Source of the DNA: an uncultured Lachnospiraceae bacterium
GTDB lineage: Bacteria; Bacillota; Clostridia; Lachnospirales; Lachnospiraceae
NCBI GenBank assembly: GCA_947063675.1
Contig: CAMSTM010000001.1
Span: 1 to 62,900 of the forward strand
Direction of reading: 5' to 3'
Length of the DNA stretch: 62,900 bases
A program made the position numbers and the translations under genes. Shown here piece after piece: positions 29,727 to 39,239 of the stretch; positions within the stretch are counted from its first letter, which is position 1, and each line of letters begins with the position of its first letter. The notes under the pieces are model-generated. The model searched no databases. It saw nothing but the letters and a program-made list of their open reading frames with translations, and had not been told where the DNA came from.

Positions 29727-30479
29727 TTACAGCTCCTCCGCTTTCCACTGATACCCGAACCCCCGGACGGTCTTAAGATACCGCGGATTTGACGGGTCGT
29801 CCTCTATTTTTTCCCGAAGCCTTCTGATATAAACGGACAGCGTATTGTCGTCCACAAAGCTTCCGTTATCGTCCCACATTGCGTTTAAAATCATGGTTCT
29901 GGTCAGCACCCGGTTACGATTCTTTAAGAAAAAGCACAAAAGCCGGTACTCCGCGCCTGTCAGCTCCAGATTTTTTCCGGCAAGTCTTGCCCGGCTTTCA
30001 GATAAATCAATTTCCACCGGCCCGGATTTCAGCCGCTCGCCCTCCCCGGAAGCCTTTCGCCCGCTTCTGCGCAGCAGCGCATTGATACGGGAGCACAATT
30101 CCCCCAGCTTAAAGGGCTTGGTGATATAGTCGTCCCCGCCGCCGTCCAGCCCCCGGATGACGTTGACCTCCTCGTCCAGAGCCGTGAGGAAAATAACCGG
30201 CACTTCGCTGCCCTTTTTCCTTATATTTTCACACAAATCAAATCCCGTGCCGTCCGGCAGACCGACGTCCAGCAAAAGGAGGTCGTACATGACCGGTATC
30301 TTCTTTTCAGATGCATTCCCCTTTTCCGCCGCGCCGCTTTTCCCGCCAAGGAACTCGTACGCTTCTTTCAGGCTCATTGCCACATCCAGCTCAAACCCGT
30401 TCTTGCGGAGAGAATAGGCAAGACCGTCAATCAGGCTGATATCGTCCTCCACCAGTAAAATTTTTGCTTTTTCTTCCAT
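29727..30479 (-). CDS. OmpR/PhoB family response regulator
   Basis: LLVEDD, LDVGLP, DDYITKPF and TVRGFGY. Confidence 0.95.
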   Translation of the reverse strand: MEEKAKILLVEDDISLIDGLAYSLRKNGFELDVAMSLKEAYEFLGGKSGAAEKGNASEKKIPVMYDLLLLDVGLPDGTGFDLCENIRKKGSEVPVIFLTALDEEVNVIRGLDGGGDDYITKPFKLGELCSRINALLRRSGRKASGEGERLKSGPVEIDLSESRARLAGKNLELTGAEYRLLCFFLKNRNRVLTRTMILNAMWDDNGSFVDDNTLSVYIRRLREKIEDDPSNPRYLKTVRGFGYQWKAEEL

Positions 30480-30570
30480 ATAATATACCTCCGCCGGGCA
30501 GAATTTGCAGCCTCCGGTATCCGCTGTCTTTCTCCAGCCTGCCATATCCGGTTTCCGCCCCGAACTTCCC

Positions 30571-32769
30571 TCACCTGCTGCCGGAAAGCGGAACCACCAA
30601 AAATTCCCCGCCGGTATTTTCCGCCATTCCCTCTTTGAGCAATGCCGCCACGCTTTCCTCGTACTCCCCGTCCCTCAACATAACCTCTGCAAATTCCCTT
30701 CGGATGCAGAGATATTCCGAGCCATAGTAAACCGTCCTTAAATCCTCCAGACTGTCCGCCGGGCTTATGGTTCCCTCCACCACATCCGGTCGGTAATAAG
30801 AGGAACGGAAATCAATGTCGTTAAAGATAATCACGGACCTTTCCGGTATTTCCTCATAGGCCTTGTCCCACTGGCCCGCAAGCTGCGCATAATAGCTGTC
30901 CGATGTGTCCATGCCCCCGTTTTCAAACAGGGACCATGCGGCCAGAATCACCAGAATACTCACAGCCCCGCCAAAGAAATGAAAGCCCCTTTTCCCCCGA
31001 AGATAAGGCAGCAGAAGCCCGATGAAAGCAAAACACAGCAAAAAGCTGGCCGGCTCGAAAAACCGGAAATAAAAAGTGTCCATGGAGGAAAAATACCGAA
31101 TCACAATAAATATCAGGTAATAGGAAACCCCCATAAAAATCATAACCGACTCCCTGCTAAAGGGACGGCAGTTTTTCCACGTAAACCAGACAAGCCCCGC
31201 AATCACCGTCGCCACCACAAACACCTTCAGCTGATAGGGAAAGCCCTCAATCAGCTCCGGTATCTGGAGGGAAAAGACGTTAAACACCTCCGTCAAAAGG
31301 CTCTCTATCAAATCGTTGGTAAGCTTTTCGTAGTCGTCCCACCAAAGTGTCCTGCTGACCCCGGAGGCCATGCCGTTCATAATTTTATTTAAAAGAAGAT
31401 AGGCCATGCTAAGGCTCCCGGATACAAAGGCGGTTACCATCAGCATCACCGGTTTTTTGAAAGCCCTTTTCTCCTTTTTCTTAAGTGCGCCGATAAAGAA
31501 ATACAGAATATAGGCGCCGGTTGCAATCCACACATAAATCCCAAAATATCTGGTCAGAAAGCAGCAAAGCCCCAGAAGCCCCAGCACTAAATACCGGCGG
31601 CCGCCCGGTTCTTCTTCCTCCACAATCCCTGCAAGGGCCAGAGCAAACCCCAGCAAAAACACCATAAAGGGGATTTCGCTCCAGGTATAATAGGAAAGAT
31701 TCAAAAATCCGATATTGGTCAGGCACAGAGCGTATACCCACGCGTCCTTTTTGAAATACAGCCTTATGACCACCAGCAAAATACCGATAATTACCATGGT
31801 AAGAAGCTTGGAGGCAAGATAAGCGTCCGCGCCGGTGACTGCCATCATGAGGGCAATAAACGCCGGATAGAGAATTGGCCAGTTCGCAAACCAGGAATCG
31901 TAGCCCGCCATGCCGTCATAATGAAAGCCGTTCCCGGCCGTCAGATTCACCGCCTCCCGCAGATACCCCGCCGAATCCGCGGAGATATAGACACCTTTTA
32001 AGCAGGCCCGCGAATAAATGCTAAGGCACACCGCCGAAAACAGCAGAATCAGAAACAAATCGTTTCCATACCTTGCAAAAAATTTCCCGAAAGGAACCTT
32101 GCCAACGCACTCCCGCACCCTCCGAAAGCCGAACACCACACAGATTATTCCAAACAAAGCAGCTAAAATACATATAGGAATGGAATAGTAGAGTATCTCA
32201 CCATAGGTTACCGCCACTTCTTCCGCAACATTCACCCCCATGGATATGCCGCAGTCCACAGGCTCGCCGCCCTTTTCCACCGTCATAGTAAACGGAAGGC
32301 TTTCCGCCCCGCCCTCCGGCACCTGCATAAAATAAGGCTCGCTTCCGTCCGCCAGAATTGAAAGCTGATAGGTCTCCCCTTTTGCAAAGGCAATATTGGC
32401 CTCCACCAGAAACCATTTTCCGGGGGAAATGCTCTCCACCGGAATCACCTGATTCAACAGAAGATTCGACGCGCCGTCCGTCACTGCAAAACGCACCGTT
32501 CCCCGGCTCTCCTCGGAGATGTTCACTAAAAGCACCCAAAAGCCGCCCGCCGTAAACTCCTCCTTTGCGCAAAGGGATGCCTCTACCGGAACCCCCGCCT
32601 CACATTCCACATAGACAGGCTCCCCGTTAATTTCAGGCAAAATCTCTGTGGTTTTCCGCCCGTTCTGCGCCGGGTGAGTCAAAACCAGCATCGCTGCCAG
32701 AAGACCGCATAAAATCAGTAAAATTGCCGCCGCTTTTTTTATCATTGTTTTATTCATAATTTTCCTCAT
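30571..32769 (-). CDS. GT-C-like multi-TM glycosyltransferase with extra N-terminal extracellular domain
   Basis: Beta-rich N-terminal domain, then ADSAGY and WPILYP loop motifs, WSE, and many TMs. Confidence 0.6.
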   Translation of the reverse strand: MRKIMNKTMIKKAAAILLILCGLLAAMLVLTHPAQNGRKTTEILPEINGEPVYVECEAGVPVEASLCAKEEFTAGGFWVLLVNISEESRGTVRFAVTDGASNLLLNQVIPVESISPGKWFLVEANIAFAKGETYQLSILADGSEPYFMQVPEGGAESLPFTMTVEKGGEPVDCGISMGVNVAEEVAVTYGEILYYSIPICILAALFGIICVVFGFRRVRECVGKVPFGKFFARYGNDLFLILLFSAVCLSIYSRACLKGVYISADSAGYLREAVNLTAGNGFHYDGMAGYDSWFANWPILYPAFIALMMAVTGADAYLASKLLTMVIIGILLVVIRLYFKKDAWVYALCLTNIGFLNLSYYTWSEIPFMVFLLGFALALAGIVEEEEPGGRRYLVLGLLGLCCFLTRYFGIYVWIATGAYILYFFIGALKKKEKRAFKKPVMLMVTAFVSGSLSMAYLLLNKIMNGMASGVSRTLWWDDYEKLTNDLIESLLTEVFNVFSLQIPELIEGFPYQLKVFVVATVIAGLVWFTWKNCRPFSRESVMIFMGVSYYLIFIVIRYFSSMDTFYFRFFEPASFLLCFAFIGLLLPYLRGKRGFHFFGGAVSILVILAAWSLFENGGMDTSDSYYAQLAGQWDKAYEEIPERSVIIFNDIDFRSSYYRPDVVEGTISPADSLEDLRTVYYGSEYLCIRREFAEVMLRDGEYEESVAALLKEGMAENTGGEFLVVPLSGSR

Positions 32770-32843
32770 TTCTGCGTTGTCCTTTTCACAGCTGTCAATA
32801 TCCCCAAATTCTTACAGATACCGTGCGTATAAAGGCTTAAAGG

Positions 32844-34055
32844 TCAGGCCATCTTCTCCGCCAGTTCCATGGCGCGCTCCACCACCACGTCAGAATTGTA
32901 ATGGGAATGCTCCCCCCAGCGTCCCAGACCGTAAATCTGATTTTCCCGCCCAAAGGCAAGGAGTTTTTCCACAATCTCCGGTTTCCCCATGGTGTTTAAG
33001 GGGTATGCATAAGCATTCAGGTAACGGTAATTTTCATCCTCCGGTGAAAACATGGCCGTTCTCTCCTCCCTGGTTTCCAGCCAGTATCCCCTGCTTTCCT
33101 GGCAGAAATTATGGCGAACCAGAATTCTGTGATAAGGAATCTTCAAATCCGGCACATAAAGCCAGTGGGCCTGCGTGTCCAGATTCTCCGGCACATATCT
33201 GATTTCCACGGCGCTGGATTTCAAATCCTTTATGGACAAAAACAGCTCCTTTGGCATACCTTCTATTTTTGAAAAGGACACCCATGGAATTGTCGTAATG
33301 ATTTTATCGGCCATAAAAGTCTGTCCGCCCTTTGTTTTCACCGCTTTCGTACAGATTTCTTCCGCCTCGCACCCGTACACTACCTTCGGCGCAACCGCCT
33401 CCGCCATCCGCTTCCAGACCTCGCCGTATCCGTACTTTTTCGGGTAATAAAAGGAGGCATGGCCCGGCTGGGAGCCGAAAGGCTTTCTCGCAAGGCAGGA
33501 ACGAAGGGTATCCTCAAAGCTCACATCGGGGAGCTTGTCGAGCCAGTAGATTCCAAGTGTATCAAGCTCGTCCGCAAACATTTTCTGATTGTAGGGCAGC
33601 ATGTAATCATCCGCAATCTTTTGCCCCAGCTTCCAGACAATCCACTCCACGAACCGCTCCGGCACCGGCTCGCCGCTGTTGCACCCCGCCTTTGCTATGG
33701 AAGAAAGATATTCCACCTGTTCCTCTAAGGGAAACTGCCAGATATTGGCCTCCAGGGGATGTCCCACCACCGCGCTTTGCAGGCAAATACGGCTGTCCCT
33801 GCGAAAAAGCGCCCACTCCTCCTTTGGCAGGAAATCAAACAGAAATTCGCACACCTTCGGCCTTCGCACGTCAAGGAAATGCCCGCCGCCGATATCTAAG
33901 GGGCTGCCGTCAACCTCCGCAGAGCGGCAGAGCCCGCCCGCTTCCTTCTCCTTTTCCAGTATCAGAAAGGATTCCTCTCCTTTTCTTTTTAACATATTTG
34001 CAAAAGTAAGGCCGGCAGGACCGGCCCCTAAAATCAGATATTTTACCTTTTCCAT
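32844..34055 (-). CDS. FAD-dependent protein, UDP-galactopyranose mutase / HemY-like fold
   Basis: GAGPAG, GGLCRS, DIGGGHF, FYYP, YAYP and GRWG motifs. Confidence 0.7.
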   Translation of the reverse strand: MEKVKYLILGAGPAGLTFANMLKRKGEESFLILEKEKEAGGLCRSAEVDGSPLDIGGGHFLDVRRPKVCEFLFDFLPKEEWALFRRDSRICLQSAVVGHPLEANIWQFPLEEQVEYLSSIAKAGCNSGEPVPERFVEWIVWKLGQKIADDYMLPYNQKMFADELDTLGIYWLDKLPDVSFEDTLRSCLARKPFGSQPGHASFYYPKKYGYGEVWKRMAEAVAPKVVYGCEAEEICTKAVKTKGGQTFMADKIITTIPWVSFSKIEGMPKELFLSIKDLKSSAVEIRYVPENLDTQAHWLYVPDLKIPYHRILVRHNFCQESRGYWLETREERTAMFSPEDENYRYLNAYAYPLNTMGKPEIVEKLLAFGRENQIYGLGRWGEHSHYNSDVVVERAMELAEKMA

Positions 34056-34768
34056 TTGCATACCTCCGGCTCATGCTTTTTCAGCATAAATAAAATTTTG
34101 ATGGCCTCCGTCACAGAGCTTCCCTTCAGGCTGGAAGCCGTTCCCACATAGTGAATCGGAACCTCCACCGTGCGCAGGTTCCGGCAATAATAGCGCATTT
34201 CCGTCTGATACATATGTCCTGTGGAGAGAAAGCTGTCCAGATGCAGCTGCTCAAGAATTCCCCTCTGAAAGCCCTCAAAGCCGCTGGTCATGTCCTTGAG
34301 CGCAGTACCAAGCACCGCATTTGACAAAAAGGTGCCGCCCTGGCTTAAAATCCGCCGGTATAAGGGCTGTTCTCTCATGGAACCGCCGTCCATAAACCGG
34401 GAGCCCCAGACACAGTCGTAGCCCTCCTCCAGCTTTTCCAGAAACTGTGGGATTTCCGAGGGTAGATGGCTTCCCCCGCCGTCCATCTCAATTATCCGCT
34501 CCGCCCCGTCGGCAAGGGCCCTCTTAAAGCCCTCCAGATAACAGCTGATAACCCCGGTGGACTTTTCGTGGAAAATACATTTCACCCTGTCGCTTACTCT
34601 TTCTCTGTCCCGTATGATTTCCTCTGTCCTGTCCTTCGAATAGCTGTCGATTACCGGATAAATATGTAAGTTGTCATAGGGCAGACCCAGAATCTCATCC
34701 AAAATCCGCCCCATGGTCGTCTCCTCGTTTGCCACAGGCATCACGATAATTGTTTTCTTCATCTCCAC
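34043..34768 (-). CDS. GT2 polyprenol-phosphate glycosyltransferase (Dpm1/Ppm1-like)
   Basis: MPVANE, DSYSKD, MDGGGSH, GSRF and DMTSGF. Confidence 0.8.
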   Translation of the reverse strand: MEMKKTIIVMPVANEETTMGRILDEILGLPYDNLHIYPVIDSYSKDRTEEIIRDRERVSDRVKCIFHEKSTGVISCYLEGFKRALADGAERIIEMDGGGSHLPSEIPQFLEKLEEGYDCVWGSRFMDGGSMREQPLYRRILSQGGTFLSNAVLGTALKDMTSGFEGFQRGILEQLHLDSFLSTGHMYQTEMRYYCRNLRTVEVPIHYVGTASSLKGSSVTEAIKILFMLKKHEPEVCKWKR

Positions 34769-34817
34769 CTCATCCGCACTTTTCTCCTGTCGGATTTATC
34801 CGCCGCCCTTCGTGCGC

Positions 34818-36314
34818 TCAGCCGTAAAAATCATTATTGAATATCAGATAGTCGTCTCCGTCAACCAGAATAACCCTTCCCGTCAGAACATTGCTGTATG
34901 TCTCAAACAGATTCTTTGAAATCAGCAAAAGAGCGTCTTTATCCTCCACAAATACCGGAACGCCTCCTTCTATGGGATCCAAATCCCCAATAATATAAAT
35001 GTCCGCCACACTGTTCTGCTCCCATTCATTTTGGCGGCAGTACTCATTCCGGCTGTTTTCAATGTAAATCCTCGCTCCCCGGTATTCCGGATACTTTTCT
35101 ATCAGGGAGGAGATATCTCTTCTGATGTCCGTATTGTTCTCATAGTTCAGTGTCTGCAGGCTCCACAGCGACTTATCTGCACTGATTCCAAGGCCGATAA
35201 CCGGAAGCAGCAGCAATATCAGTGCAATTCCCTTCTTTTTACCGGGAATATCCAAGGCGCGCGCCAGAACCGCCCCTGTTATCATGCAAAAGGGCAGATA
35301 GCAGATATAGCCGTACCACTCCATAAAGGAGCCGGAGGCGCTGTAAGCCGCAAGGGACACCAGAAGCCACACCACAAACAGATATAGCCTGCTTCCGATG
35401 ATTTTCCTTAACAGGCTTTTCCCTTCCGCAGCCCTCTTTTCCTCCTTTTTCTGAAAGAAAAGAAGCAAAAGCGCACCAAGGACTGCCGCCAGAGCCAGCA
35501 AAACAGTCGGCTTCGTCCCGAAATATCTGATATATCCCAGATAATCCGACTCCCCAACCACCCTGTCCACAATTTCCACACCAAACATCTGTGCAAAAAA
35601 GGCTAACCCGTCGTAGGAAAAACGCACCGCCGCCCAGATTCCCGTTGGAAGCGCTGCGCCAATTGCTGCACCGATATAATGCTTTAGCTTAAGCTTTTTA
35701 TAAATTCTCGGCAGATACAGAATACAGACCACTACGCCGATTCCCATATGCATACACTTTGCCATAAAGGCCAGCGACAGAAACACGCCGCAGCCGGTAA
35801 ACAGCCAGGGTCTTTTTTCCGATTCATACAGACATACCATAGCCGCCATAAACATTAACAGATACAGTGCGTCCGCGTCCGCGCTTCTCGCCATATGGAA
35901 GAAAAACATATCCGTACAGGAGACGAAAACAATCCCGGCAATAATCGCCGCCTTTTTTCCGAAATATCTTGCCGTTGATAAAAAAATCAGCACAAAAAGC
36001 AGCACCGCAGCTATCGCAGAGGGCAGCCGCATGGCAAAGAAGCTAAAGCCCAGGCTCTGAAAACACAGGGCAATGCACCACATGATAAAGGGCGGTTTCA
36101 AATTATAATAGTCAACCGCATACCGGTAGGTCTGTATCCACCAGTTCCCTGACTGAATCATTTCATACGCGTTAATCCCGTAGATTGCCTCGTCCCAGTT
36201 CTGAGTCCCGGCCTCGCCTAAATGATAAAAACATAACACACAAGTCCATGCGGTAAGAAGTAAAAACATTCCCGCAAACAGAAGCTTTCTTATAAAAATA
36301 TCTTTCCTTTCCAA
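34818..36314 (-). CDS. ArnT/PMT-family GT-C glycosyltransferase
   Basis: WDEAIY, KPP, RLPSA, AD and AFMAK motifs; about 12 TMs. Confidence 0.8.
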   Translation of the reverse strand: MERKDIFIRKLLFAGMFLLLTAWTCVLCFYHLGEAGTQNWDEAIYGINAYEMIQSGNWWIQTYRYAVDYYNLKPPFIMWCIALCFQSLGFSFFAMRLPSAIAAVLLFVLIFLSTARYFGKKAAIIAGIVFVSCTDMFFFHMARSADADALYLLMFMAAMVCLYESEKRPWLFTGCGVFLSLAFMAKCMHMGIGVVVCILYLPRIYKKLKLKHYIGAAIGAALPTGIWAAVRFSYDGLAFFAQMFGVEIVDRVVGESDYLGYIRYFGTKPTVLLALAAVLGALLLLFFQKKEEKRAAEGKSLLRKIIGSRLYLFVVWLLVSLAAYSASGSFMEWYGYICYLPFCMITGAVLARALDIPGKKKGIALILLLLPVIGLGISADKSLWSLQTLNYENNTDIRRDISSLIEKYPEYRGARIYIENSRNEYCRQNEWEQNSVADIYIIGDLDPIEGGVPVFVEDKDALLLISKNLFETYSNVLTGRVILVDGDDYLIFNNDFYG

Positions 36315-36376
36315 AAATCTGTTCCCCTTTTACAATTGATTGCCTGTCTTATTTCCGTTTTTTGGCTTTTATTCTT

Positions 36377-37480
36377 TCATTTTTTGCCTGTATAAGCATT
36401 ACAGGCGTCAATCACCATACCCGCTTCCCCCTCTGTCATCTCCGGAAAAAGCGGAAGCGTAATGCAATGGGAGGCAAGATACTCCGCATTGGGGCAGTCG
36501 CCCGGCTGATAGCCCAGATTCTTATAGGCTTTCTGCAGATGGCAGGGAACCGGATAATGCCGGTTGCACTCGATTCCCTTTTTCTCCATATAAGCAAGGA
36601 AATCCTCCGGGTTCTCCACCGTAATCACAAACAAATGGAACACCGGCTCCGTATTCTTCGGATGGGCCTGCATGGTAAGAAGCGGATTTGTGATTTCTTT
36701 CAGATATCTCTGCCCGATTTCCCTGCGCCTTGCTGTCCACTGCGGCAGATATTTCAGGCTGACGCTCAGAACCGCTCCCTGCAGTCCTTCCAGTCTGTAA
36801 TTATATCCCACAACATCGTGATAATACCTCACCTGGCAGCCCTGATTCTTGATGGTGGTAATGGCGTCATAATATTCCTTTTTGTAACAGGTAACGCTGC
36901 CGCCCTCGCCAAAGGCATATAGATTCTTACCCGGATAAAAGCTGAAGCACCCCAACTCTCCCAGACTTCCCGCCATCCTGCCCTCATAGACCGCCCCGTG
37001 AGCCTGAGCGCAGTCCTCCACCACGTAAAGTCCGTGCCTGTCGGCAATCGCCTTTACCTTATTATACTCGAAAGGCTGTCCGTATAAATGGACTCCAAGG
37101 ATTGCTTTCGTTTTTTTTGTGATTTTTTCTTCTATTTTGTCCGGGTCGATTTCCCAGGTATCGCCGGTACAGTCCACAAAAACAGGCACGGCCCCCGTAT
37201 AAGTCACTCCCCATGCGGTTGCTATGTAGGTGTTGGCAGGGACAATCACCTCGTCCCCCTCCCCGATTCCCAGCGCCATCATGGCACAGTGCAGCGCGGA
37301 AGTCCCGTTGTTCACTCCCGCCGCGTAAGGCACCTGACAGTACTCGGCAAATTCCCTGTCAAACTTATCCGCAAATTTTCCGCCTGAAAAAGCCGTTTCC
37401 CGGCAGACTGCCTCGATTGCCTCAAGATACTCCTCTTTATGCTTCTCATAATCTCTCGATAAGTCAATTCGCTTTAACAT
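36377..37480 (-). CDS. DegT/DnrJ/EryC1/StrS sugar aminotransferase
   Basis: NGTSAL, EDCAQAHG, SFYPGKNL and GYNYR. Start uncertain (37480-37504). Confidence 0.9.
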   Translation of the reverse strand: MLKRIDLSRDYEKHKEEYLEAIEAVCRETAFSGGKFADKFDREFAEYCQVPYAAGVNNGTSALHCAMMALGIGEGDEVIVPANTYIATAWGVTYTGAVPVFVDCTGDTWEIDPDKIEEKITKKTKAILGVHLYGQPFEYNKVKAIADRHGLYVVEDCAQAHGAVYEGRMAGSLGELGCFSFYPGKNLYAFGEGGSVTCYKKEYYDAITTIKNQGCQVRYYHDVVGYNYRLEGLQGAVLSVSLKYLPQWTARRREIGQRYLKEITNPLLTMQAHPKNTEPVFHLFVITVENPEDFLAYMEKKGIECNRHYPVPCHLQKAYKNLGYQPGDCPNAEYLASHCITLPLFPEMTEGEAGMVIDACNAYTGKK

Positions 37481-37509
37481 ATTTATAACCATGCTCCTTT
37501 CCAAAACGC

Positions 37510-38268
37510 TCAGGCTTTCTTTCCCTTTCCCTTTTCTTCCTCCCGGAACGCCTTATGCAGCCTCCACATCCGAACCACATAATTTTTTATGGTCTTCCAC
37601 ACCTTTACGGTAGTGTTGTAATCCTCCTGCCACTCCACAGGCATATCGTAAATCACTACCCCCATCCGCTCCGCCCGAAGCAGGAATTCTATGGTATAAA
37701 ACCACCCGTTATCATTGCTGCAGACTGCCGCCAGCCGCCTGGCGGTATCCTTCCGAAGAAAGGTAAAGCCGCAAACGGCATCCGTCGCCTTCATGCGGAA
37801 AAACAGCTTTAATAAAAACACAAGCCCCATAGAGGTAATCCTGCGGTACCACTTTCTTCCCTTTGTGTCCGACTCCTTACTGAAACGGCTCCCGTTCACA
37901 TAGGCAAGCTCCGGCCTTGTCCGAAACAGCTCGATGGTCTTCCCCAGATATTTCAAATCCGTGGACAAATCAATATCCATATACCCCACCAGCGCGCTTT
38001 CATTCAGGGCAATCCCCTTACGGAAAGCCACGCCCACGCCACGTTCTTCCATTCGGACGTAGGATACCTCCTCCGGGTACTTTTCCGCAAGCCCCTTTCC
38101 AATCTCCGGCGTTTCGTCGTCGGAGCCGTTGTCCAAAATGGTGAGCCTGTAAGGTATGGTAATATTTTCCTTCAAATACGCTATTGTCCTGTCTATTCCG
38201 CTTTGGAGCCGGAGCCGCTCGTTCAAAACCGGAAACAGGAGATTGATTGATAATTCTTCCCCGTTCAA
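37510..38268 (-). CDS. GT2 polyprenol-phosphate glycosyltransferase-like
   Basis: PVLNE, DNGSDD, MDIDLS, GSR and DAVCGF. Confidence 0.8.
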   Translation of the reverse strand: MNGEELSINLLFPVLNERLRLQSGIDRTIAYLKENITIPYRLTILDNGSDDETPEIGKGLAEKYPEEVSYVRMEERGVGVAFRKGIALNESALVGYMDIDLSTDLKYLGKTIELFRTRPELAYVNGSRFSKESDTKGRKWYRRITSMGLVFLLKLFFRMKATDAVCGFTFLRKDTARRLAAVCSNDNGWFYTIEFLLRAERMGVVIYDMPVEWQEDYNTTVKVWKTIKNYVVRMWRLHKAFREEEKGKGKKA

Positions 38269-39230
38269 TGTTTTACCACCTTTTCTATATCCGAAACCAG
38301 ATATCTCTGCTGTTTAAAAATTAAATTAAGCATCACCGAAAGATATTTTAAAATAATCGTAAGAAGGGCAAACACCCCGAAAAATCCGAGAGCCAGAAAA
38401 CCCATGGTAGAAAGCCAGCCCTCCACAGGCTTCGTATTGTCGTTTAAGAAATCGCTGATTATATAGATTCCCATAAAAACCGTGACCATCAAAAACACGC
38501 CGCAGATAATCGCGGACGTCCGCTCAAGCACGTTGGTGAAATAAATAAAAGAATCCAGCGCCAGCGTCGTCCTCTCCGAGGCCACCGTCTTGTTTTTCAC
38601 ACGCACGTCCACGTCCCGGCTGTCATAATAAATGGTGGTGTTTCCAAGGCCGCAGTCCATATAAACCGCTTTTCTGTAGGGAATATACTGCCCCATGGAC
38701 TTGATTCTGTTGATTGCCCGCCTCGACATCACCCGGAAGGTCTCCGGTCCGATTTTGCCGTTTCCCCTCTTTGTCTTGTTATACAGGGCATAAAAAAGCT
38801 TCGACGTGAACCGCATTTTCCCTTTGCTGCTGGCCGCCACAATATCATTGCCCGTTAGCAGCTTATAATATACGTCCATAATGACCTTCTCGTCATAGTC
38901 CACGAAAATATCGTCAAACTCGTACACAAAATCGCCTATGGCAATATCCCTTCCGGCGTTCATTGCGCTCTCCAGTCCCTGGAAAAAGCTCATGTGCACC
39001 ACATTTACCATCACATGGAGCTTTCTCTCCTCCACATACTCCTTCAAAAGCTCAACCGTGTTGTCCTGACAGGCGTCGTCCACACACACGATTTCAAACT
39101 GCTCGAAATGATTTTCACAGGTACGGATAACTGTATCCAGGAAAAATTTCAGATAAGGGGCCGAGTTGTGAAGATAAATAACAAGCGATATGAATTTCTT
39201 TTCCTTTACAGTCTGTGTTGTATTTTCCAT
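38265..39230 (-). CDS. GT2 with two C-terminal TMs (GtrB/ArnC-like, divergent)
   Basis: VDDACQD; DxD region reads EFDD; FRVMSRR; two C-terminal TMs. Confidence 0.7.
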   Translation of the reverse strand: MENTTQTVKEKKFISLVIYLHNSAPYLKFFLDTVIRTCENHFEQFEIVCVDDACQDNTVELLKEYVEERKLHVMVNVVHMSFFQGLESAMNAGRDIAIGDFVYEFDDIFVDYDEKVIMDVYYKLLTGNDIVAASSKGKMRFTSKLFYALYNKTKRGNGKIGPETFRVMSRRAINRIKSMGQYIPYRKAVYMDCGLGNTTIYYDSRDVDVRVKNKTVASERTTLALDSFIYFTNVLERTSAIICGVFLMVTVFMGIYIISDFLNDNTKPVEGWLSTMGFLALGFFGVFALLTIILKYLSVMLNLIFKQQRYLVSDIEKVVKH

Positions 39231-39239
39231 ATTTCTCCT

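Noticed and set aside
32844-34061. Protoporphyrinogen oxidase call
   Set aside because: No heme biosynthesis context; neighbours and motifs favour a sugar-nucleotide enzyme.
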